From NCBI GenBank assembly GCA_013239625.1, contig MU053561.1, positions 4,695,214-4,759,213 of the forward strand: DNA of 64,000 nucleotides, read 5' to 3'. Both the position numbers and the translations under genes were made by a program. This DNA comes from Lama guanicoe (lineage: Eukaryota). The notes below the pieces were generated by a model. The model was not told the DNA's origin and searched no databases. It worked only from the letters and a program-made list of their open reading frames with translations. Positions 26,548 through 39,880 of this stretch are shown piece by piece; the stretch's first letter is position 1, and every line of letters begins with the position of its first letter.

Positions 26548-29500
26548 CCAGATCTTTATCTAATCCTCTGTGGATGTCCACATTTAGGTTGTTTCTATGT
26601 CTTGGCTATCATAAATAGTGCTGCTGTGAACATTGGGGTGCACTGCACGTCTTTTCAAATTCTGTTCTCTTCTGGATTTATGCCCAGAAGTGGGATTGCT
26701 GGATCATATGATAAGTCAATTTTTCTTTTGTTGAGGAATCTACGTACTGTTCTCTACAGTGGCTGCAACAATTTACATTCCCACCAACAGTGTAGGAAGG
26801 TTACTTTTTCTCTGCATCCTCTCCAGCATTTATCATTTGTGGACTTTTTAATGATGGCCATTCTGACTGGTGTGAGGTGATATATCTCATTGTAGTTTTG
26901 ATTTGCATTTCTCTAACAATTAGTGATATTGAGCATCTTTTCATGTGCTTGTTGGCTATCTGAATGTCTTTGGAGAGATGTCGATTTAGGTCTTCTGCCC
27001 ATTTTTTGATTGCGTTGCTTGTTTTTTGTTATTAAGCTAGATGAGCTGTTTATATATTTTGGAAATTAGTCCCTTGTCAGTTGCATCATTTGCAAATATT
27101 TTCTCCTATTCTGTAGGTTGTCTTTTTGTTTTGTTGATGGTATCCTTAGCTATGCAAAAGCTTTTAAGTTTTATTATATCCCATTTGTTTATTTTTGCTT
27201 TTATGTCCATTACTCTAGGAGTTAATTTGCAAAAAAGATTGCTGTAATTTATGTCCAAGAGTGTTCTGCCTATGTTTTCCTCTAAGAGTTTTATAGTATC
27301 TGGCCATTTTGACAGTTTTTTGTTTTTGTTTTTTCAGTGGAGGTACTAGGGATTGAACCCAGGACCTTGTGCATGCCAGGCATGCACTCTACCCCTGAGC
27401 TATACCCTCCCCCCAATTTTGAATTTATTTTTGTATATGGTGTTAGAGAATGTTCTAATTTCAGTCTTTTACAGGTAGCTGTCCAGTTTTCCCAGCACCA
27501 TTTATTGAATAGACTGCCTTTTTCTTCATTGCATATTCTTGCCTCCTTTGCCACAGATTAATTGAAACATAAGTGCCTGGGTTTATTTCTGGACTTTCTA
27601 TCCTGTTGCATTGATCTTTGTGTCTGTTTTTGTGCCAGTACCATACTGTTTTGATTACTGTAACTTTGTAGTATAATCTGAAGTCAGGGAGCATGATTCC
27701 CCCCAGCTGTGTTCTTTTTCAAGACTGTTTTTGCTATTCAGGATCTTTTGTGTTTCCATACAAATTTTAACATTTTTTTATTCCAGCTCTGTGAAAAATG
27801 TCGTTGGTAATTTGATAGGGGTTGCATTGAATCTGTATATTTCCTTCGGTAGTATGGCCATTTTAGCAATATTGATTCTTTCAATCTAAGAGCACAGTAT
27901 ACCTTTCTATCCAATTTGGAAAATTCTGGATTCCCTTTATTTCTTTTTCTTCTCTGATTGCTATGGCTGGGACTTCCAAAACTATATTGAATAAAAGTGG
28001 CAAGAGTGGGCATCCTTGTCTTATTCCTAATCTTAGAGGAAATACTTTCAGCTTCTCCCCAGTAAGTATGATGTTAGTTGTGGGTTTGTCATATATGGCC
28101 TTTGTTAGTTTGAGGTATGTTCTGTCTATGCCCACTTGCTGCAGAGTTTTTTTTTATCATAAATGGATGTTGAATTTTATCAAAAATTTTTCTGAATCTA
28201 TTGAGATTCAGATCAGGTTTTTGTTCTTCAGTTTGTTAATGTGGTGTTGACATTGATTGATTTGTGGATATTGATGTGCATCCCTGGGATAAATCCCACT
28301 TGATCATAATGTATGATCTTTTTAATGCATTGTTGGAGTTGACATTAGTATTTTGTTGAGGAGTTTTGCATCTATATTTATAAGTGATACTGGCCTGTAA
28401 TTTTTTTGTGTGTGTGTGTGTGGTATCTTTGGTTTTGGTATCAGGGTGATAGTGGCCTCATAGTATGAGTTTGGAAGTGTTTCTGTCTGTGCAATTTTTG
28501 GAATAGTTCCAGAAGGATAGATGTTAACTCTTCTCTAAGTGTTTGGTAGAATGTGCCTGTGAAGCCATCTGGTCCTGGACTACTTTTTGTTGGGAATTTT
28601 TAAATTACTGATTCAATTTCAGTACTGGTAATTGGCCTATTCATATTTTCTATTTCTTGGCAAATTGTACCTTTCTAAGAAATTGTCCATTTCTTCTAGG
28701 TTGTCCTTTTTGTTGGTGTGTAGTTGCTCATAGTAGCCTCTTACGATCCCTTGTATTTCTTGTGGTGTCAGTTGTAGCTTCTCCCTTTTCATTTCTGATT
28801 TTATTATTTTGGGCCCCTCTCTTTTTTTCCTGATGGATGTTACTAAAGGTTTATCAGTTTTGTTTATCTTTTCAAAGAACCAGCCTTTAGTTTCACTGAC
28901 CTTTAATATTGTTTTGGGGGGCTCCAATTTCATTTATTTCTCCTCTAATCTTTATGATTTATTTTCCTGTACTAACTTTGGGTTTTGTTTGTTCTATTTT
29001 CTAGCTGCTTTATGTGTAAGGGTAGATTGTTTACTTGAGATTTTTCTTGTTTCCTGAGGTAGGCTTGTATCTCCATAAACTTCTGTCTTTGAACTGCTTT
29101 TGCTGTGTCCCAGAGGTTTTGAATTGTAGTGTTTTCATTTTAATTTGTCTCAGAGTATTTCTTTGATTTCCTCTTTGATTTCTTCAGTGATCAATTGGTT
29201 GTTTAGTAGCATATTGTTTAGCCTCCACATGTTTGCAGTTTTTGTAGTTTTTTTTCTTGTAGTTGATTTCTAACCTCATAGCATTTGAGTAGAAAAGATG
29301 CTTGATATGATTTCAGTTTTATTAAATTTATTCAGGCTTGCTTTGTGGGCCAACATGTCATCGATTCTGAGGAATATTCCATGTGCACTTGAGAACAATG
29401 TTTATTCTGTTGCTTTCTATAGATATCAGTTAAGTCCATCTAGTCTAATATGTCATTTAGTGCCTGTATTTCTTTATTTTCTTTCTGGATGATCTGTCCA

Positions 29501-30400
29501 TTGATAAAAGTGGGATGTTAAGGTCCCCCACTCACTATTATTGTGTTGTTGTTTATTTCTCCTTTTATGTCTCTTAACAATAGCCTTTAATATTGAGATG
29601 CTCCTGTGTTGGGTGCATATATATTTACAACTGTTACATTTTATTCTTGGATTGATCCCTTGAGCATTAGGTAGTGTCCTTCTTTGTCTCTTGTAATAGT
29701 CTTTATTTTAACATCTATTTTGTCTGATATAAGTCTTGTTACTCCAGTTTTCTTTTGGTTTCTGTTTGCATGGAATATTTTTTTCTCATCCCCTCACTTT
29801 CAGCCTACATGTGTCTCTCGCTCTTGAGTGGGTCTCTTGTAGACAGCATATATACAGGTCTTGATTTCATATCCATTCAGCCAGTCTCTGTCTTTTGGTT
29901 GGAGCTTTAGTCTGTTTACATTTAAGGTAATTATCGGTGCGTATGTTCTTATTGCCATTTTGTTAGTTGTTTTGGGTTTGTTTTGTAGGTCTTTTTTTTT
30001 CTCTTTCTCTGTCTCTCTTTTTTTTTTCCTCTCTTTTCTTGTGATTTGATGACTAAAGTTGCTTTAACGTTTGTTGTGAAGCTGGTTTGGTGGTGCTGAA
30101 TTACTTTAGCTTTTGTTTATCTGTGAAGCTTTTGATTGCTCCATCTTGCTGGATAGAGTATTCTTGGTTGTAAGTGTTTCCCTTTAATCACTTAAAACAT
30201 ATTGTGCCACTCCCTTCTGGCCTGTAGAGTTTCTGCTGAAGAATCAGCTGATAAGCTTATCAGAGTTCCTTTGAATGTTATTTGTTGCTTTTCTCTTGCT
30301 GACTTTAATATTTTCTCCCTATCTTTAATTTTTATCAATTTGATTACTGTGTACCTTGGTGTGTTCTTCTTGGGTTAATCCTCTGTGGAACTCTGCGCTT
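26500..30400 (-). mobile_element. Large L1 fragment (3' part of ORF1, ORF2 with internal deletions)
   Basis: ORFs at 27461-27694, 27881-28135 ([19 protein letters not shown]) and 28637-28933 (WFFEKINK) are L1 ORF2 pieces. (TG)n(TA)n lies at ~26512-26547. Confidence 0.93.
27316..27413 (-). mobile_element. tRNA-derived SINE (Vic-1-like) nested in L1
   Basis: Reverse complement GGGGGAGGGTATAGCTCAGGGGTAGAGTGCATGCC...GGGTTCAATCCCTAGTACCTCC plus an A-rich tail. Confidence 0.9.
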
Positions 30401-30404
30401 GTAA

Positions 30405-33400
30405 GTTTTTATTTTAAATAGGGTGATTTCAAAAGGCTTCAAGGGGGAGGTGAGATTTGAGTAGACACTGAAGGAAGAATGGGAGCCAGCCTTGCTTAAA
30501 TGTGGCAAGGAAGAGCATATTTCAGGTAGAGAGGAAGCAAGTGCAGAGGGCCAGAGATAGCTTACTTGACACCTTTGAGGAGCTGTATGGTCTGAGTGCA
30601 GTGAACAAGAGAAAGATTTCTATCAGATGAAGTCAGAGGGGCAGAAAGGGCCAAATTATTTAGTGCTTTCTAGGTTGTTGTAAGAATGTTGCCTTTTACT
30701 CTGAGTTAAATGCTCAAGCTTTTGTGCAGTGGAATGGTTTGACTGATTATTGTCTTAAAAGGATCACACTACCTGTAGTGAGGAACGATTAAAGGAAGAG
30801 AAAGAACAAAATCAGATTTGTTAGGAGGCTGGTTTTCAGTAATTAGTCAAGAAATAATGGTGGTTTAGACTAGAGTACTAACATTGGAGTTAGCAAAGTG
30901 TAATCAAATTCTATATATTTTTTGAATTTGGATTTGATGCCTGAAATGGGTGTGTGGATTTGCTGCTCTATGGGTTGTATGAGATAGATATCAATAACAC
31001 CAAGACTTTGGGCTTTCAACTTAAAAGAGGTTGGGAAGACTGTGAGAAGACATGGTTTGGTAGGTGCATTTAGGGAGTTGGTAGTTAAGTTTTGACCATA
31101 TTAAATCTGAGATTTTGTGATAATATAAACACTATTTTATGATAAAATTAGATTGAGCACAATAGAAGTAGGGTGGATGGTGGTATTAAGTGTTGAATTT
31201 TAACTCTAAGAAGACCTATTATTTTGGAAGGCATCTTATAGACCTTCTGCCCCCATCATCACAGGTGGAGAGTTTACTCACATTCATTGGTACTGTCACA
31301 TAAAACTCTTGGGTCATTCCTCTTTTATCTCTAACAGATTTAAGTTCCTAAACTCAGTGGTAAGCTACTATTGTCTTAATTCCTGGTAATTTTAATGTAC
31401 ATAATTTTGATCTTTCTGACACTCTGGTCTTTGTGTTTTTGAACTCTTTTCTAAGGTTTATGTCCTCTACCTTGCCATTCACACCCATGCTCATATACTA
31501 GACTTTTGGCATTTCCAGTAATTTTGTTCAATTTCAAGCATTCCTCTTTGTGAGCACATCTCCCATCATTCTGGCTTATTCTGCTTAGTACCAGATTTCA
31601 ACAGTTACTCAGCATACAGTGACTTATTTTGATATTGTACTACCCTTTCACTTTACCTCATTTCTTTATGTTCTCACTTAACCCGTTTTCAGTTTAATTT
31701 TGTGGCCAATCATTTTCACTCCCTTGCATTTAGCCTTGAGTCTCATATTCCACTGGGTTAAACTCCCTTGACAAAACCACCGTCCTGATTAAATGCTACT
31801 TCCCTTCTATCATGCTTTGCTTATGGCAGCTCAACATCACAGGAGAAAAAAACAGATGATAAGATTAACTGATCTCATTCTTAATTCATGATCACTTAAC
31901 CTCAGGTGGACCCTAATGTTGCCTGTCAATCATACTGTACATTCACATCTTTTCTGTCTTAAATGTCCAACATTTCATCCTCTATCCTCACTCCCAGGTA
32001 TTAGTATTGCTTCCTACTTCACTGAAAAAAATGAAGCAATCAAAAGAGCACGTCTGCAGTCCCTCTACCATATCTACTTATCTACCAAGTACTTGCACCA
32101 ATGTTTCCATATTTCTATTATCTTAATTGAACTCTATAGCCAGTTGCTCCAATGAATATACATTTTATGTAGTCAGGGATATTGCTTTAGCAGTTTGGCC
32201 TTCTCTGCCAATTTCAGTTTTTTCAATCTCTAGCAGTTATTCCCATCAGTTTTCAATATTTGTTTTTTTCTTTCAACTTTAAAAATGAAAGAAAATGCAG
32301 AACTTTCTGTTTAACCCACTTTGCCTGCCAGCAACTGTCCCTGTTCCTTCTGTGCAGCAAGAATTTTTGAAAGGATTGCTTATAATCATAGCTTCCATTT
32401 TCTCCTGTCCCATTCTCTCTTAAATATGTTACACATTTGACTGTCAGCATTCTACCAACATTGTTCTTTCTAAGGTCACCCAGTAACCACTGCATTACTA
32501 AACTTAGACATCACTTTTCGGTCATCATCTTAATACCTTGTGTATCAGCAACATTTGACATGGTTGATCACTCCCTTAATACATTTTATTTACTTGGCTA
32601 CCAGGAGGCCACATCCTTTTAGCTTTCCTTTTACCACACTGATTATTTTTTCTCTGTCTCATTTGCTCTTTTTCTGGATTCCTAATATTGAATGTGCCAG
32701 GCCTTTTACTCTGATCTGCAGCTACAGTCTTAATGGGTTTAAATACCATCCGTATGCCAGTGATGTCCAAATTTCTATTTCTACCTCAGCACTCTCCTGA
32801 GCTTTCATTCAGATTTGTCTGTTTTACTTGATTGTCTGCTTTCTCAGCTATAATGTAGGAAACTCTTTAACAACACAGGTTTGAACTGCGTGGGTCCATT
32901 GATATGTTGATTTTTTTCAATAAATACGTAATTGTAGTATACACGATCTGAGTTGAATCCACAGATGGGGAGTCGTGTATGCAGAAGGCCAACTGTAAAG
33001 TTGTACTAGGATTTTTAACTGTACAGTCATTTGACATCCCTAACTTCTGTTTGTTCAACAGTCAACTGTATATCCAAAGTTGAACTGATAACTTCTCTAA
33101 ACCTTTTCTACTGCTAGCCTTGCCCCATCTCAGTTTGTGGCACTTGCATTTCCATTGCATGGGCCAGAAATCTTGGCGTCATCCTCAACCTCACTGCTTT
33201 CTCATACCCAAACCCAAACTTATCAGAACATCTTTTTGGCTCCACCTTCAAAATAGATCCCCAAATCCCACAACTTCTACTACCTCATGGTCTCAGCCAC
33301 CATCATTTCTTGTGTGGGTTACTACAGTAGTCCCCTAAATTGTCCCCATGCTTCTGCTATTGCCCTTCAGTTTATTCTTAACAAAACGACTTGAGTGACT

Positions 33401-33950
33401 CTCAACTCAGACTGTGTCACTCCCCTGCTCAAAACCTGCAGTGGTTCTCCTGTTCAATCAGAGTAAAAGTCAGATTCCTTACAGAGCCCTATACACATGC
33501 ATTTTACATACTACTATTCTTCTCACTCCGCTACAGCTACACCAACTTTCTTTCTGTTTCTAAAATGTGCTAGGGGTGCTGCTGCCTTCCTGTTTTCTCT
33601 AACTAGACCTTTCTTGCTCCACTTGTTTGCATAGCTAACTTTCATATATCCATCAAGTCTCTGTTTAAATCTACCTTTGCCAGTGAGACCAGCTCTGATC
33701 ACTGTATTTAAAATTGCAGGTTTCCCCTTTACTCCTAATCCTCCATTTCCTGCTCTGTTTTTCTTTTTTATGTGGCGCTTATCACCTTCTAAACATATTC
33801 TGTAATTTACAGCTTGTTTATTTTTTTGTAATTCCCATTAGATATTAGTTTCATGAGGGTAAGTGTCTTTGTTTTATTCACTGACCCTAGAACAGTACTT
33901 GACACAAATTTAGTCATTTCCTCTATTGAACAAATATTTGTTAATTTAGA
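30405..33950. mobile_element. L2 LINE fragments in both orientations
   Basis: L2-like motifs tatcagcaacatttgacatggttgatcactcc, tttaaataccatccgtatgc and tcactcccctgctcaaaacc. Confidence 0.65.
32868..33070. mobile_element. Tigger2-like non-autonomous TcMar DNA element
   Basis: aacaacacaggtttgaactgcgtgggtcca...ttgttcaacagtcaactgta. A related copy lies at ~39424-39610. Confidence 0.7.
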
Positions 33951-34039
33951 TACTGGAAAAAAAACTAGTAGAGCTCCTTGAATATAAGAATTATCAATTA
34001 TATGTGTATATTTTCATTGCATAAATAGTTGAGGGCCCC

Positions 34040-36300
34040 TTCTCCTAATTGGAGGCTCTTCCTCTTTTAATTAGAATATTTAATCCTGTTACATTTAATG
34101 TATTTAGTGATACTGATAGGTTTAAGTTTACCATTTACTCTTTTGTTTTTATTTTTTCTCTTTATGTCTTGTTCTGTTGTTTATATCCTGCCGTCTTTTA
34201 AGTTAAAACTGTTTTTTGGTATTTTATTTTATATCCACTTTTGGCTTTTTAAGGTATACCTCTGTTATTTTCAATTATTGCTCTAGGGCTAATGATGCAC
34301 AGCTTTAACTTAAGCCTACTTAAAGTATTGTACAATTTTGCACTTCACAAATATAGTAACCTTACAAAAGAATAATTCAGTTTATCAAGTCTTCATCCCT
34401 TGCACTAATGCCATATCATTTATTCATAAATGCATTGTAAATCTTACCTTATAATTTTTTTTTAGTGTTTAGTCTTGTAGGGAAATTTGGAGAAGAGAAA
34501 GTAAAAGCTCAGTCTTACGTATTTACCCATTTATTACCATTACTGTTTTTCTTCATCTCTCTACATCTCTACTGTTCCTTTGTCCTGAAGAATATTCTTT
34601 CAGCATTTCTTGTTTTGCAGGTCTGCTGGCAGTGAATACTCTCAGCTTCTGTTCATTGGAGGGATGTTTGCACTATTTATAGAATTCTGGATTGACAGTT
34701 TCTTCTTTGAACATTTAAAAGCTGTCATTACTTTGTATTCTGGCTGCCTTTGTTTTTAATTACATCATTCATACTGTTTTTGCCTGAACGTTGTCTGGCA
34801 GTTTTCTGGCTGCTTTCAGGATTTTCTCTGATTCTTTGGTCTTTGCCATTTGACCATGATGTTTTAAGGTATCTATTTCATTCTGTTTATCCCGTGTGTA
34901 GTTCACTGAACTTCTTGTATCTGTAAGTTTATGGTTTTCATCAAATTTGGAAAGTTGGCCATTTAAAAAAAATTTCTCTCCGCATTCTGTCTTCTGGGAC
35001 TCCAGCTACGCATGTGATAGACATTTGATTTTTGTCACACAGGTCTCTAAGGCTTTGTTCATTTTCTTTCAGTCTCTTCTCTCACTTCTTCAGACTTCCT
35101 AACTTTTCATGTGTTCATTTTCACTCAGCTTTTCTTCAGCCATCTGCCATTTGCTATCAGACCCATTCAGTGAATTATTTCATTTCAAGTATTGTACTTG
35201 CCTCGAATTTCCTTTTTCTAAAAAATAGTTTCTATTTCTCTGTTGAGATTTCCTGTCAGTTCACTCATTAAGAACCTGTTTTCATTTAAATTTTTAATAC
35301 ATATGTAGTATTCCATTTGAAGTCTTTGCTAAATACAGCACTTGGACCATCTAAGTGCCATTTCCTATTCAGTATTATTGTCTTTACTTTGAGTCATACT
35401 TTACTGTTTCTTTGAATACCTACTGATTTTTAATTGAGATTTGGACATTGTGGATGATACAGAAACTCTGTTCTTTTATCTTCCTCTGCAGACTGTTGAT
35501 TATTGTTCTAGTAGGCACTTAAATTACTGTCTGATCACACTGATTGTGTGTAAGCTTGGTTTTACCCTTTGTTAGGAAGGATCTGTGGAAAGCCAAGGTA
35601 TTTCCCAAGCCTCTCTCAACTTCTAAACTCTATTTCTTGTAAGATCTTACCAAGGCTTGATTTTAGGCTTTGTTAGGACACATAGGCCTAGGGAATAAAT
35701 TATTCCAAGTATAGTCCTTTTGTGTAAGGTGTGGCCTTTCTGCTTTTCTCAGGTGCCTGGGGAGGTGAACAAAGTCTCTTCCCCCACTGGCTCAGCTGGA
35801 ATTCTGCCTTCCAAAACTGCTTGACCTCTAGTTTCTCTGTTACAACGTGGAATTCGTAGCAGCTGCTCTCTGTTAAGCCTTGCGTGAGCTCATCCTCTGT
35901 ATGTAAAGCCCAGACATTGGCTAAGGACTTGAGGAATTCACTTATTCTTCTCCCTTCACCGCCACTCCCCAGCCTCACCCTGCGCAGTTTCTTCCATTCC
36001 AGTGCCTTGCTCCATGGATTCCGGCAGCTTAAGTAGTCTCTAACCCTGATTTCTGCTTCCTCAGCTCAGAGATACTTCTGTGCTCTGCTTGATCTCCAGC
36101 CTCCTTGCTGCCATCATGTAATTGTCTACAGACAGAGAGATGCTCTAAAGAATTACATGATTTCTCTGCCTGTAGTCTTTCTCTGCCTGTAGTCCAATGA
36201 TTGAATACAGTTGTGTCATGTATTTCTGTCTTATTTTATAGTTCTTGGTGGCAGAGCTAGTCTGGTACCAGTTACTCTGTCATGGTTGAGTGGAAGTCAC
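34040..36300 (-). mobile_element. Ancient L1M fragments
   Basis: Antisense L1-like sequence: ttcagcatttcttg...gcaggtctgctggcagtgaat and ttttcatcaaatttggaaagtt. Confidence 0.6.
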
Positions 36301-36584
36301 CTTTGTTCCACCTTAATATTTTTTATCCCTGATTTCAGTTTTCCTATAGAGAAGGGTGTTTGTGGATTTTTTTTTTTTTGATGATCAATATACTTTAAGA
36401 GAGAGTAGTTGCTTAAAATCTAATACCAGATATTTTTGTGTAAAGAGTAAGATAGTATAGTGGTGGTCATTTGAGTAGAACTATATAAGTGAAATTTCTC
36501 TTAAAATATTTTCCTAAAGAAATAGCTTTTCTAGGAATTAGGCTTTTTTAAATTTAAAAAAACAGATGGATATGTAAGATTTGG

Positions 36585-36790
36585 AGCTGATATTCTCAAT
36601 CCTATATGTATGTTAGAACTACCTAGAGAGCTTTAAAAAAGAATACTGATGCCTAAGTCCTACTGTAGACTGTTAAATAGGAATCTTAAATTACACCCTG
36701 GGTATCATTTTTTACAGTATATTAAGAATACTGATAAATCACCTCAGGTGGTTTTTGTTATTCAGTGAAGGTTGAGAACAACTACTTTAG
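36585..36790. mobile_element. MER5-like hAT element
   Basis: ttctcaa...ttagaactacctagagagctttaaaaaa...tactgatgcct...ggttgagaacaact. Confidence 0.6.
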
Positions 36791-37049
36791 AAGAACTTTT
36801 GCCAAACTCGATTTTTAGTTTTTCTGTAAGTTCTTCTAAAGCCTTTCAGATGTGATCCAAACAGCTGGTAGAAATGACATATAAATTCCGATCTACCATC
36901 AGTCTTCTCAGGAATGGCTGTGGCAACAAATCAGGATTTCCTATCTAGACATACTGTTTTCATGAGGTACATTTATTGTTAGAGAATAAGAAGCTTGTTC
37001 ATTGAACTTTACTCAGGAGAACCATAAAAGAACCTGAATTGCCAAAGCA

Positions 37050-37630
37050 GTCTTTTGTAGGTCTTTTTTTTTTTCCTTCTTTTTGTTCTCTTACGGTTTG
37101 ATGACTAAAGAAGTTCCTTTAATGTGTATTGTAAAGTTCGTTTGGGTGTGCTGAACTCTTTTAGCTTTTGTTTATCTGTGAAGCTTTTGATTTCTCCATC
37201 AAATCTGAACGAGAGCCTTGCTGGATAGAGTATTCTTGGTTGTAAATTTTTCCCTTTCATCACTTTAAATATATCGTGCCATTCCCTTTTGACTTGTAGA
37301 GTTGCTGCTGAAAAATCAGCTGATAACCTTATGGGAATTCCCTTTTATGTTATCTGTTGCTTTTCTCTTGCTGATTTAAATATTTTCTCCTTATCCTTAA
37401 TTTTTTTTCAATTTGATTACTATGTACCTTGGTGTATTCCTCTTTGGGTTGATCCTGTGTGAAAATCTCTGCACTTCCTGGGCTTGGGTGACTCTCCTTT
37501 GCCAAGTTGGGCAAGTTTTCAGTTATTATCTCTCCAAAAATTTTCTCAGGATCTTTATCTCTCTCTCCTCTTTCTGAGACCCCTATTATGGGAGTATTAG
37601 TGCACTTCATGTTGTCCCAGAGTTCTCTTA
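37050..37630 (-). mobile_element. L1 ORF1/inter-ORF fragment
   Basis: The ORF at 37350..37610 (IIGVSERGE...EKIFGEIITENLPNL) is L1 ORF1. The segment is paralogous to ~29980-30400. Confidence 0.88.
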
Positions 37631-39880
37631 AATAAAAACAGTTTTAAGGATTCAATAAAATGTCCTTAAAAATCTGGACTTTTGTTTTTTGTTTTACCTA
37701 ACTACTTGATAAATGGAACTGCTAGGTATTCCTTTTTAGTTCTCTGAAAAAAATTGCTGAGACTCTAAAAGTCGTCATGATCTGAGAAAGTTTCAGAACC
37801 TCTTGGCTATAGTTAATCCATTCTTTTATTGATAGTAATTTGGATTGTTTCTAGTTTTGACTGGTATACAAAATAAGAACATTCTTTCATGTCTCCTGGG
37901 ATACATGTGCATGTGGTTCATGTGTTTCTCTAGGATCTGTATTTTGGATAGGAATTTTGTGGTTATATTTATTTTTTAATATAGATTTAGATTCTTTGTG
38001 GTTCAGGTTTTCTATTTCTTCTTATATCAGTTCTGTAAAATTATATTTTTTCTATAAATTTGTCCATTTTTTTCTAAATTTCTATAAATTTGTCCAAATT
38101 TTATCTTAAATTTTAAATATATTGATAAAAGGTTTTATTACTATCCTTTTAATGCCTCCAGATCTGTAGTGATAGTGACCCCTTTTTTAACCCCTGATAT
38201 TATTTATGCCTTATCTCTTTTTCTTGATCAGTCTTTTCATAGGTTTGTCAATATTAGTCTTTTCAAAGAATCAACTTTTGTCTTGTTGCTCTCTAGTAAG
38301 TTGTATCTTCTTCCTCATTATTTTCAATTTTCATCCTGATTCATTTGTTCTACTTCCTTTGGTTTTATTTTACTTTTCTTTTTTCTGTCTTCTTGAGATG
38401 AATGCTTGGCTTATTAAATTTCATCTTTTTTTCCCCTAATAAATGTTAATTTCCTATTAAGTACTGCCATAGCCCTATCTCACATTTTGATATGTGATAT
38501 TTTAACAGTTCAAATCAAAGTATTTTCTAATTTCTGCTATAATGTCTTCCTTGAATAATGGTTAGGTTATAGATTAGCTTTTTGTTTTTTGTTTAACTTC
38601 CAAACATGTGGAAAACTTATCTGTTTTTGGAGGAGGGATGGGTTTTAATTTATTTGCATTGTGGTTAGACTATGTGGCTTGCATGATTTCAGTCCTTTGA
38701 AATTTGTTAATACTCTATGGCCTAGTGTATTCATTGGTAAACTATGACCTGTAGGCCAAGTCCAACCATGCTACCATGGTCTCTCTCTTCACTATGAAGG
38801 GAGAAGAACGATTGAACAGTTGTGATGGAGTCATTAGGACCTGTAAACTTAAAAATATGTACTGTGTCTGGACCTTTACACAAAACGTTTGCTGACCTTT
38901 GGCCTAGTATAAAATTAATTTCTTTAAAGGTTCTGTGTGAATTTGAAAAAAATGTATATTGTACTTTAGACTATAGTGTTCCACGCTCAAGTATAGTAGT
39001 CTTAGGGTATGTTGTGTTCTGTCTGTATCCTCAGGTCTTCTGTTTGTTCTTTTACTAGGAGAGGTGTGTTAAAATCTCCAGTTATGATTTTGAATTTCTT
39101 AAATTCTTGTTTTATCACTGCTTTATATGTATTCAAGCTATGTTGTCAGTAACATACATACTTAAAATGATCTCACTGGTGACTTGAACCGTTTGAGTCA
39201 ACCTCTATCTCTTGTCATGTTAGCCTTGAATTTTGTTTTGGTTGCCAGCTTTCTTTTGGCTAGTACTGCATGGTATACCTTTTTCATTTCATTTTTTCTT
39301 TCTACTTTGCTGTTTTCCTTATGATCTCTTTGTTGCTTATGAACAAATATGATGGGATTATTTCAAAATTCAGTCTAAGAATCTTTATCCTTTAGTGGAG
39401 CCCTTAGTTGACTTAATGTTCAACAGTTGACTTGAATAACAGGTTTGAACTGCATGGGTTCACTTATGTGTGGATATTTTCAGTAGTGAATACTACAGTA
39501 CTACATGGTCTGTGGTTAGTTGAATCCCTGGATGCAGAGGGACCATGAATTCAGAGGGTTAGCTGTGAGTTATATGCAGATTAACTCTTGTATTATTCAA
39601 GGTTCCAGTTACTTACTTTCATTTAAATCTACCATCTCATTTAATCATTTCTTATTTTCCTTCCCATTTTAGTTTACATTCCCCCTTTTTATTCTTTTGG
39701 ATTGGCTAATATTTTTCATAATTCCATTTCTTACATTTTACTAGTTTCAAAGTTATTTGTACTGTTTTTTTCTCTTAGTTGTTACTCTAGAAACTACAAT
39801 ATGTACACTTATCAAAGTATAAGCTTAATATGATCACCCACTGCCTAATAATTTTAGACCACTTTAAAACTTCATTCCCT

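Noticed and set aside
36161..36194. 17-bp tandem duplication (similar small duplications at ~38050 and ~63117)
   Set aside because: Ordinary slippage inside decayed L1 sequence.
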